Assembly: GCF_964355755.1 (NCBI RefSeq)
Contig: NC_092674.1
Location: forward strand, 1,550,001-1,614,000
Origin: Antedon mediterranea
Lineage: Eukaryota; Animalia; Echinodermata
Direction of reading: 5' to 3'
Length of the DNA: 64,000 bases
Shown: one piece after another, positions 1 through 11,100 of the stretch
Layout of the letters: every line of letters begins with the position of its first letter
How positions within the stretch are numbered: the stretch's first letter is position 1
Position numbers and translations under genes: made by a program
Notes under the pieces: generated by a model
The model's database searches: none
Told to the model about the DNA's origin: nothing
The model's input: only the letters and a program-made list of their open reading frames with translations

Positions 1-1
1 C

Positions 2-646
2 TTACGTGTTTGCGTTGCGTCCTAGTGGAAACCATGTTTTTATGTTAACTTTGTTTTTCCAACATAGATTCCAGTCGATAAAACAATTTTGAAGTTGGTT
101 TTCCCATTTATCTTGTGCTTTTGGTATGCACGCTGTATATGCTACCTCGGTAAAAGTGAAATAGAATTGTTTGACAGTTGTATAATTTGAAGTAACATTA
201 ACATTTTTGTCTATTGTATCAACCTCTTTATGTATATAACAATAGGGTTTCTCAACCACTATAACTTTCCAGTTTCTTGGAATAGCGTCAATTAGTGCCA
301 TATATTTTTAAAATGCATTTTCCCTTCGTTTCAACAGTGGAGTTATTTCATTAATATGCTTAAATCTAGACTTATCCATAATATCTCCTACTGTTTTTAT
401 ACCTGATTTCACCCAAGATTTACAGAATAGTGATTTTTTGTTATGCATGACATATATATTCTCCCATAACCTCTGAGTTTTTATTTCACATATACATTGA
501 GGTTTTTTAGTATAAATATTATTAAACCGTATGCAGGCTTTAAGCAAATTTATATAGAATGTATTCACATATTTGAGTGCATTATGCTTCTCAAAGTTTG
601 CTTCCGTCATACTTAATGTATAATTTTTCTTAAGCTTGGTTCTCAA
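2..646 (-). mobile_element. Degenerate L1/Tx1-like non-LTR retrotransposon ORF2 fragment (region C-terminal to RT)
   Basis: Two broken ORFs (308-646, 2-301) with motifs FCKSWVKSGIKTVGDI and LIDAIPRNWK ... KWE, resembling the post-RT region of Tx1/L1 ORF2. An in-frame stop separates them. Confidence 0.6.
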
Positions 647-775
647 GACGCAACCAAAAAGACGTTAGCGCAACTCATTTGACAAATCACGACGCCATCC
701 ATCGCGTCGTCATTGGTCAAATTACTCGGTTGCTTTTCGCTTACGTGTTTGCGTTGCGTCCTAGTGGAAACCAAA
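633..775. mobile_element. MITE family B copy (AGCTTGGTT...TTGCGTTGCGTCCTAGTGG)
   Basis: Ends match the fuller copy at 22670-22827. Further partial copies at 1-34, ~4551-4650, ~15945-16101, ~16117-16262 and ~40510-40542. Confidence 0.7.
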
Positions 776-987
776 CATTAATATAAATTCATGTTGCGTC
801 CAAAGTAGTCCTTAATTGTTAATATAATCCAATTGAAAATGATATGGATATTATTTTGTAGGTCTACTAAACTAGTTCTGTCATGTAAAAATAATTTAAA
901 CATTGAAGCCAAACCAAGTGAAGTAACTTTATTCGGTAATATTCAAGCTATATAATAGGCGAGTGAAATTAAGGTAGTCAAGGCATA

Positions 988-1313
988 CAATGTGGGTGAG
1001 TGGCCGAGCGGTTAAGACAGTGGAACCGTAATCACGTAGCCATAACATCGGCATGGGTTCGAGGCTCACTCACTCCATGGTTCTGGTGGTAGAACGAGTC
1101 TTCTCGGATAAGGACTATAAACCGTAGGTCCAGTGTACACAACTTGCTCGTGTGCACTTTAAAGAACCTAGTACATCTTTCGAGACGAGTAGGGGGTTAC
1201 CCCGGTGTATTAGTACATCACAGCCACTGATCACCAACTGGGCCCTCTGGGAGACCAGTCTTTGACTGAAGAGGTTACCCAGTATAAATATATATTTCAA
1301 TCAATCAATCAAT
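988..1313 (+). mobile_element. tRNA-derived SINE with Deu/Nin-like central domain
   Basis: Pol III A box (TGGCCGAGCGGTTAAG) and B box (GGTTCGAGGC). Core CGGATAAGGACTATAAACCGTAGGTCC...TTTAAAGAACC...TTCGAGACGAGTAGGGGGTTACCCCGGTGT resembles the Deu/Nin domain as I recall it. (CAAT)n tail; direct repeat AGGCATA at 981-987 and 1314-1320 is the candidate TSD. Confidence 0.8.
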
Positions 1314-1529
1314 AGGCATATATACGGAAATTCACTCGAGTATTTTGCGAGTGACATTTATCAATGTTTTAATAGCGTAGAACACGTCACTATGTTGCCG
1401 CCTATTGACATTTAAAGTCCTGGCTAATCCTTTAATGTTGTATTGTCACATGTCACTGTGATTTCAGCATGTCACAACCGTCAGTGTAACTGTCATAATT
1501 TTATTCATCATTATCACCACAATTAAATT

Positions 1530-4228
1530 CAATCACCCACACTATCACTATCACTATCACCGCCACTATCACTATCGTCACCATCACCACCACTATCACT
1601 ACCGTCACCCTCACCACCACCATCACTATCGTCACTATCACTATCACCGCCACTATCATTTATCGTCACTATCACCACCACTATCACTACCGTCACCCTC
1701 ACCACCACTATCACTATCGTCACTATCATCACCACTATGACTATCGTTACTATCATCACCACTATCACCACCACTATAACTATCACCACCACTATCGTCA
1801 TCACCATCACTATCACCACCACCATCACTATCGTCAGTACCATCACCACTGTCACTATCACCACCATTATCTCTATCGTCACCACTATCACTATCGTCAA
1901 AATCACCACCACTATCACCTCCGCCATCACTATTGTCACTATCACCACTACTATCGTCACTATCACCACCACTATCACCTCCGCCATCACTATCGTCACT
2001 ATCACCACCACTATCACCTCCGCCATCACTATCGTCACCATCACTATCACCGGCCGTCATCAATATCGTCACTATCACCACCACTATCAGTATCGTCATC
2101 ACTATCACTATTCACTATCGTCACTAACACCACCACTATCACTATCGTCACTATCACCACCACTATCACCTCTGCCATCACTATTGTCACTATCACCACC
2201 ACCACTATCATCTTCACCACCAACACCACCACTATCCCCATTACCACCTCCATCACTATTGTCACTATCACCATCACTATCACCACCACTATCACTATCG
2301 TCACTATTGTCATCACTATCACCACCTCCACCACTATTGTCACTATCACCACCACCATCACTATCGTCACTATTATCATCACTGTCACCACCGCCATCAC
2401 TATTGTCACTATCACCACCACTATCGCCATCACTATCACCATCACTATAACCATCACCACCACTATCACTATCGTCACTATTATCATCACTATCACCACC
2501 GCCATCACTATCGTCACTATCACCACCACCATCACTATCGTCACTATCACCATCACTATCACTACCGCCATCACTATCACCACCACTATCATTATCACTA
2601 TCATCATCACTCTTTCTATCACCGCCACCACCACTATCACTATCCTGGACATTACTATCATCACCACTATCACTATCACTATCACTATCACCACCACTAT
2701 CACTATCCTGGACATTACTATCATCACCACTATCACTATCACTATCACTATCACCACCGCTATTGCTATCCTGAACATTACTATCACCACCACTATCACT
2801 ATCCTGAACATTACTATCACCACCACTATCCTGAACATTACTACCCCCACCACTATCACTATCCTGAACAATACTATCACCACCACTATCACTATCACCA
2901 CCACTATCACTATCACCACCGCTATCCTGAACATTACTATCACCACCACTATCACTATCCTGAACAATACTATCACCACCACTATCACTATCCTGAACAT
3001 TACTACCCCCACCACTATTACTATCACCACCACTATCACTATCCTGAACATTACTATCACCACCACTATCACTATCACCACCACTATCACTATCACCACC
3101 GCTATCCTGAACATTACTATCACCACCACTATCACTATCCTGAACATTACTATCACCACCACTATCACTATCCTGAACATTACTATCACCACCACTATCA
3201 CTATCACCACCACTATCACTATCACCACCGCTATCCTGAACATTACTATCACCACCGCTATCCTGAACATTACTATCACCACCACTATCACTATCCTGAA
3301 CATTACTACCCCCACCACTATCACTATCCTGAACATTACTACCCCCACCACTATTACTATCACCACCACTATCACTATCACCACCGCTATCCTGAACATT
3401 ACTATCACCACCACTATCACTATCCTGAACATTACTACCCCCACCACTATCACTATCACCACCACTATCACTATCACCACCGCTATCCTGAACATTACTA
3501 TCACCACCACTATCACTATCCTGAACATTACTACCCCCACCACTATCACTATCCTGAACATTACTACCCCCACCACTATCACTATCCTGAACATTACTAC
3601 CCCCACCACTATTACTATCACCACCACTATCACTATCACCACCGCTATCACTATCACCACCGCTATCCTGAACATTACTATCACCACCACTATCACTATC
3701 CTGAACATTACTATCACCACCACTATCACTATCCTGAACATTACTATCACCACCACTATCACTATCCTGAACATTACTACCCCCACCACTATTACTATCC
3801 TGAACATTACTACCCCCACCACTATTACTACCCCCACCACTATTACTATCCTGAACATTACTACCCCCACCACTATTACTATCACCACCACTATCACTAT
3901 CACCACCGCTATCCTGAACATTACTATCACCACCACTATTACTATCACCACCACTATCACTATCACCACCGCTATCCTGAACATTACTATCACCACCACT
4001 ATCACTATCCTGAACATTACTATCACCACCACTATCACTATCCTGAACATTACTACCCCCACCACTATTACTATCCTGAACATTACTACCCCCACCACTA
4101 TTACTATCACCACCACTATCACTATCACCACCGCTATCATCGTCGTCATCGTGATTATTACTGTCGCCATTATCACTATTACTATCGTCACCATCACTAT
4201 TACTGTCGTCATTATCACCATCATCGCT
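1530..4228. repeat. Trinucleotide-based (ATC/ACT/ACC) low-complexity repeat with a homogeneous core of CTATCCTGAACATTA-containing units
   Basis: Seen directly. The core (~2640-4090) translates on the minus strand as SGG(D/G)SNVQDS(DS) units; the flanks are more degenerate DSDGGGD-type repeats. Confidence 0.95.
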
Positions 4229-6316
4229 ACCAACATTGGTAGTAGATGGTTCACAAGTTGTCAAATCTGTTGACGTCATAATTGATTCGTAGTCTGACGA
4301 ACAGTTCAGCAACTCAAAGCGTAGAGCTGGACTGTTTATAAATGACATCACCGTCACTTTGACGTATAACACCATTTCCTGGTTTGCAAAGAAGTTTATA
4401 AAAGGCGTTGAATTGTCGGTGTTTCCTACAAATATCTTCAAATAAAAAAAAACATAAAGCATTTTATTTTTTATTTTTAACAGAATTTATAATTTTTAAC
4501 ATTTATTATTGTGATGAATATTGATATTATATTAATGTAAGTTTTATGTTAAGCTTGGTTCACAGAACAGCGCAAGTTGACCAATCACAATCGACAGTTC
4601 GAATGACTTTTGAGTCGTGATTGGTCAAATTACTAACACCGCGCTTATGTGTCTTTTCAATAGGTGAAGTGAAGAGATGTTTCTTCGCGCACACTCTCTA
4701 GATGGAAATACTTCTCAGAAAGCAATTAACAAGAGACACACTTGATGATCTTACTAATTTAATGATGGTAGAACAGCTTGTGTATGAACGATCTTTGTTT
4801 TAACACTATTGAATTATCAGTAAAAATATTTATCAACTTACCTGAGAAGAATCTAAAGGATTAAGAAAACATGACCAAGTGGACATCAAGACCATTGTCC
4901 ACTCGACTTTGAAAGACGTTGTAGAGTACGTTTTGCCGCTGCTACCGTCGTAGGTTATGTATGGACATTTTACAATAGAATCACAAACTCCGCCTTGTGT
5001 TATTATTCCATATACAGTTGAAGAAGATATCAATTCTACCTAAAAGAAATAAATAGGCAAATATTGCGATAGTATATTTATCAAATTTATAATTGACTAA
5101 ACATTTTTAGTACAATTGACAATTCGATGGCCAATCAATAATAGTTTTCAATATCTATGTCTGAACTTAACTTATTTATACTTTTGTAGGTTTACTAAAC
5201 AACAACATACATATACATATTATTTTACTGATAAAAAAAACCACTACCATAATCCAGTCGTTAACATCACCGGCAAACCAACCTCCTATATTAGACGTCA
5301 GGTGGCACCCAAGTCTACCATAATAAGAATGGGTCTGCATCCATGATGCGCTGAATGATGAGTCTGGTATTGTAGTGGACACTCCAACATAACAAACTGT
5401 AGAAAATATCATAATGTGTATTAGTATGTGCTTAGAATAGTAAAGCGGAGAGTACAACATATGTATATACCGAACAGAAAGGCTAATATCTAATTGAACC
5501 AAGCTAAATTATAAGCAAAAAACAAAAACAGACAAAAATCCCATTCCTTCATGGTTTTACACATGCGTATTCATGCTTTCATCTATTTTTTGTGACTAAA
5601 AAAAAACGTTAAACGCGCGCAAAATAGATTCTATGTTTAAAGCTCTTTCTACACTATCAAACTAGTTTGACAAAAATATAGTAGTGATATGCTCAAATGT
5701 GATATGACATCATCATGCACATTATTATATGGGCACATTACATTTTTTTGTCACATAAAGTTTGATGGTGTAGACGAGTTTAAGACGATTACATCATATC
5801 GATATACGGTACAATACCTGAAAACGGATGAATATCAACAACACTCGAATGTGGACTTCTACTACATTCATTCGATGTTTCACTATTAGAACTATTGCAA
5901 ACTCTTATCTATCAAAAAGGAAAACGATTGTTATATTCTTTCTAATGATACTGTATTATTTATTATTTCCTCTTCTAAAATACACCTACCGATTTTTCAC
6001 CTCTGTAGTAAATTCCCGTGACGTCCTTATCAGGAGGTGCTCCAAATTCGGCATTTCCCAATAATCGACATTGGTGCGAACTAGTACGAAAGTGTACGGA
6101 GGTACAGTTGGGAAAGACACAACAATACGACGCACATTGAAATTTAGACAATGTAGTTGTTATAGTAAGAACTACGGGAATATTGTCACCTGTATTGTGA
6201 CTGTTTTCAATGACATTAAATTTACAATACTGGTATTTGCAAAACGATATCACACAAAAACTTTTGGAACACAGAATAAGAAAAAGAAATTGATGAAACG
6301 CTGTCGCAGTCTTCAT
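2108..6316 (-). CDS. Secreted PAN/apple + F5/8 type C (discoidin) domain protein, possibly with a long Ser/Gly/Asp-rich tail
   Basis: Exon 6316-~5986: signal peptide plus PAN Cys pattern CASYC..FPNCTSVHF....QCRL (donor position uncertain). Exon 5396-5248: IPDSSFSAS..YGRL..GGWFAG..DWIM. Exon 5039-4842: VEL..VYGIITQG. Exon from 4435: IFVGNTD..VKVTV..PALRFELLNC. Junctions are GT-AG. The 3' end is uncertain: read-through to the stop at 2108, or splicing at a GT at 4230. Confidence 0.7.
5641..5780. mobile_element. MITE family A (TIR AGCTCTGTCTACACTATCAAACT, TWA target duplication; PIF/Harbinger Tourist-like)
   Basis: Inverted termini and TAA flanks. Other copies at about 8510-8624, 14113-14290, 16864-17002, 17520-17629, 25594-25811, 36573-36706, 37396-37556, 42246-42374, 43158-43305, 43812-43948, 50850-50974, 53588-53643 and 61632-61768. 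Several carry an internal ~21-bp CCATATTTGGGCATATCACTA repeat. Confidence 0.85.
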
Positions 6317-7789
6317 TATTCATTGCTCTGTAACCTTGCATCAAATGGCTCTCTATAAAAAAAAAAGTAAACAATATTTTGACACACTTATTTTTAAAGT
6401 TTATACCGTGATGCAGTTTAAAATCGTTTTTTTTTAATAACATTTCGAAATTGGGCTGTTTCCGAAGGTTACTTCGGCTGCTTATTTTAGAGTTGCAGAT
6501 TATTACAACTATCGAGCAAACATTATTATGCTTCATCTTGTATATCAAAATCTCGTCAAACTTGACGCTAGGCCTGCTATGTAGCAAACACATGACTAGG
6601 CCTACATAAATTACAGTAAATAAATCATCTTTGTCTAAATGTGAAAAAAAGTATAGATGTATTATCTTTAAAATATGAAATAATACACTTACATCTTAAT
6701 ACATTTAAATTGCGATACACGATCATCATACCAAACTTACCTATCTTCCTTCTACAATTATTGGATAGTTGTATTGTTGTGGTTCGTGTCTTGTAATAAA
6801 AAAAAATTCACTTTTACTGCCTATAAACACAATCATTTAAAGTGAATACGCATATCCATCGCTAATTATAAACGCTCCTTTATCTAAGATTAAAAAAGTA
6901 TTGACTAAGATATTAAGATACCTTTTGCTTCAGGCAGTGAAAGTATCAACTGATATTCTAATTTTCAAAACAACACACACAAAAACAGAAATTTCAAATA
7001 CCATAATCCTCATTTTTATGTTTATTAAATACTTTCTGTACATTTTCACTAGGCCTATACAACAATATTAATTATCATTTTCATTTGAATGTTAAGCTCA
7101 ATAAAGAAGTTTTACAATGTTGTACAAAAATACAAAATACCAATTAAATTGTTACACGTTATAATACACAATCTTAGTAAGCGTATGTCCTTGTGAATGT
7201 ATCACACTGTAATTATTATAAAACAATTAGTAAGTTGCTGCAGCATCTATCTTCCGAAATACTTGCAGAAAATGATAGAGGGCGTGCTCTTGAGTAATTT
7301 GGTCCATGTTGAAGATGCAGATAAATCGAGATTTTGATCAGCTTTTGTGACAACCAATAAATCGAAAAATAGTAAATATGGTCTGTTGATATCGTTCAAC
7401 AAATCAGGAAGATAACCTGAAAAATCTGGACATTATCGAACCCAAATTAGGCCTACATATAAAATGCAAGTTATACTTTACAACATTTGTCAAATAATTA
7501 AAAACAAAAAGAATGATGCTGATAAACATATAAAATAAAGTTTAGTTCTGAAATAAATGCACTGAATTTATAAATCTGTTTACATAATGAAACATCATAC
7601 AAAACATACTGATTTGTGTGATATTGCAATAAAATCAACCATGAAAAAAGATCATTGGTAGAAAATGAAAAATATGTTCCATTTTCTTTCTTTTGATTAG
7701 TTTTTCTTATTCGGCGTTTAGCTTTGTTTCTTTAACATGATTGCATGTGTGTGTGCGTTAACTTCTCTGAAAAAACAGCAATAATACTC

Positions 7790-8165
7790 AGTTGTCTAGA
7801 TAAACGATAAAACTATGCTGATGCAAGCCATGTTTATCATTAAACGTTGTCTAGATAAACATCAATATTTTGTGATCGTGGACCATCCGTGTAATAACGT
7901 TAATCATTGGTTATTTAGATAAACAACTGCTGTCGGGTAACGTGTACATTACGTTGTCTAGATAAACGGCTGCTGTTCCATAGTAACTAAACGTTCAAGT
8001 TGTTCATATCAACGGCTTCTCTGTCGTATAGCAAACGTCATTAAGTTATCCAGATAAACAGCTGCTGTTGTGTAGTAACGTAGTATCATTGAAAGCTGTC
8101 TAAAAAACGGCTTCTCTGCTGTGTAGTAACGTCATTAGGTTTTCTAGATAAACGGTAATGTTCCA
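7790..8165. repeat. Degenerate ~45-60 bp tandem repeat (core GTTGTCTAGATAAACRGCTGCTGT), about 8 copies, spanning the MINDY4B-like stop codon and 3' UTR
   Basis: Cores at about 7791, 7846, 7911, 7953, 7999, 8045, 8095 and 8139. The last contains the TAG stop. Confidence 0.75.
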
Positions 8166-11100
8166 TGCCAATCGATGAGCCCCTCAGGCCATCTTTAATA
8201 AAAATAGAAAATTATGAACACAATAAAAAAACTAATAACATAACTCAATTACGTTGAGTGTGATATAGACATTCATAATATTAATATATAAATCAATATT
8301 TATGATATTGTGTTAATTGTGTAGGATACCATTTGCTAGATAATACGAACTTTCTGAGAGATGAATATGAATTTATTACCGTGATGATATGCACTCTTCT
8401 AGCAGCGACAATCGTTCTCCTTTTGAGTAGTATATACCTTTCTTTCGTTCCCCATGCTTTGAAATGTTGTCTGAAATCAATAATTTGAGCAACCATTTAG
8501 TCTGCATACAATCAATGTGACAAACAAATGTGATGTGCCCATTTATGGACACAATGATGTCACTGCCATAATTGGGTACATCACATTTGTTTGTCAAACT
8601 AGTTTAATAGTGTAGACAGAGCTTACAATAAAGCAATCAATAGTCTATAATTCATAAAGATTCAGCTCATATTTCTAATATATAGTGGTTTGACGATAGT
8701 TATTTTTGGTTAAGATGATGTAAATTGAGTTTTGTAATGTTAAGGTTTGCGATACAATACAGTAAAGTTGAAAAGTTCTCGACGTTTCAGTTTCTCAACT
8801 TTACTAATGACATGCAAACCTAAGGAAGACGATACCGACTATTTGATGTATATGTATATATGTAAATGAATTAATGAATGTCGTATTTTGATACCTACCG
8901 ACAGTTATTTTTGCTTCTTCTGTCTGACTTCGTTGCCCAGTATAGTACCGAAGATCAAAGCAGTGTTCTGATCGCGCTTCCCTCAGCAGGTTTCGTTTCA
9001 GACAAAACAGCAATCCGCACTTTCCATTAATATACGTCACCCATACTGGGTATTTTGGGGTCTTCAGCATCGTACCAACCTTTATAGTAAAACATGGGTT
9101 ATTAATCGAAATGATTTAGAAAAATGTTGATTTATTATCAATTTTATAATCTATTGTTTTATTTGCAGAAAGTTTAATAATTGTTTATTAACCTCTAAGC
9201 TTGGTTGCCGTTGATGGCGTCCATCTCTTCGATCAAGATACAGTAATCCGACATCACTCCTCCGAAACAGACCGATCTCAGGAACCAACTGGGCATTCAA
9301 AAATAATTATATAATTTAACAATATAACTTTAGCGCTGCAGGTTCAAATTGTATTTTTGATTAAATAATAATAACAGGATTTTTATAACGCACATACCAC
9401 TCAAGAGTGCTCAAGGCACAAATAAGATAATAATAATAAATAAATAAGAATAAACGTACCAATTTGTTTCCCAGATCGTCATATTCAAAGGAGCCATTAA
9501 ACAGATGTGGTGTAGCTTTACCCGTTAGCAACAACTTCACCATATTGGTACTACATCTGTCAGACGGCAGTATAAGTCGTTCACTTTGCAGATCTTCAGC
9601 CAGTCTAACATTAAAGTAATATAATTGATTTTATTTGATTTTATTTAATCAGAAATGCCACCAAAAATGCAAAGAATAACACATTAAATTGAAAAAATTC
9701 ATAAAAAAAGATACATATATCACCATTTGCATTTCGGTCAAATACAAATAACTGACAAACAGACAGCTAATTTTCGTTTCCAATATTGCGTTTTCAATAT
9801 TGCGTTTCCAATATTAATATGAAATACATGGCTGTTTCCTCAACAAAACACAAGTGTAATATTACAATAATTTCTATGTTCTATATAAAGTTATTTAATC
9901 TAACAGTGCAGTGATCTTTGTTGAAATGTGTGATTACTCGTGAAGGAATAAGAAGGAAGAAAGAATAAGAAAGAAGAAAGAAATAAGAAGGGAGAAAGAA
10001 ATAAGAAGGAAGAAAGAAATAAGAAGGAAGAAAGAAATAAGAAGGAAGAAATAAATAAGAAGGGAGAAAGAAATAAGAAGGGAGAAAGAAATAAGAAGGA
10101 AGAAAGAAATAAGAAGGGAGAAAGAAATAAGAAGGAAGAAAGAAATAAGAAGGAAGAAAGAAATAAGAAGGAAGAAAGAAATAAGAAGGGAGAAAGAAAT
10201 AAGAAGGGAGAAAGAAATAAGAAGGAAGAAAGAAATAAGAAGGAAGAAAGAAATAAGAAGGAAGAAAGAAATAAGAAGGAAGAAAGAAATAAGAAGGAAG
10301 AGAGAAATAAGAAGGAAGAAAGAAATAAGAAGGAAGAAAGAAATAAGAAGGAAGAAAGAAATAAGAAGGAAGAAAGAAATAAGAAGGAAGAAAGAAATAA
10401 GAAGAAAGAAAGAAATAAGAAGGAAGAAAGAAATAAGAAGGGAGAAAGAAATAAGAAGGGAGAAAGAAATAAGAAGGAAGAAAGAAATAAGAAGGGAGAA
10501 AGAAATAAGAAGGGAAAAAGAAATAAGAAGGGAGAAAGAAATAAGAAGGGAGAAAGAAATAAAAAGGAAGAAAGAAATAAGAAGGGAGAAAGAAATAAGA
10601 AGGAAGAAAGAAATAAGAAGGGAGAAAGAAATAAGAAGGAAGAAAGAAATAAGAAGGAAGAAAGAAATAAGAAGGAAGAAAGAAATAAAAAGGAAGAAAG
10701 AAATAAGAAGGAAGAAAGAAATAAGAAGGAAGAAAGAAATAAGAAGGGAGAAAGAAATAAGAAGGGAGAAAGAAATAAGAAGGGAGAAAGAAATAAGAAG
10801 GAAGAAAGAAATAAGAAGGGAGAAAGAAATAAGAAGGGAGAAAGAAATAAGAAGGAAGAAAGAAATAAGAAGGAAGAAAGAAATAAGAAGGAAGAAAGAA
10901 ATAAGAAGGGAGAAAGAAATAAGAAGGGAGAAAGAAATAAGAAGGGAGAAAGAAATAAGAAGGGAGAAAGAAATAAGAAGGGAGAAAGAAATAAGAAGGA
11001 AGAAAGAAATAAGAAGGAAGAAAGAAATAAGAAGGAAGAAAGAAATAAGAAGGGAGAAAGAAATAAGAAGGGAGAAAGAAATAAGAAGGGAGAAAGAAAT

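Noticed and set aside
1529-4254. Val/Ile/Met-rich and Thr/Pro/Ser-rich ORFs
   Set aside because: Alternative frames and strands of the triplet repeat. Only the S/G/D frame joins a recognisable domain.
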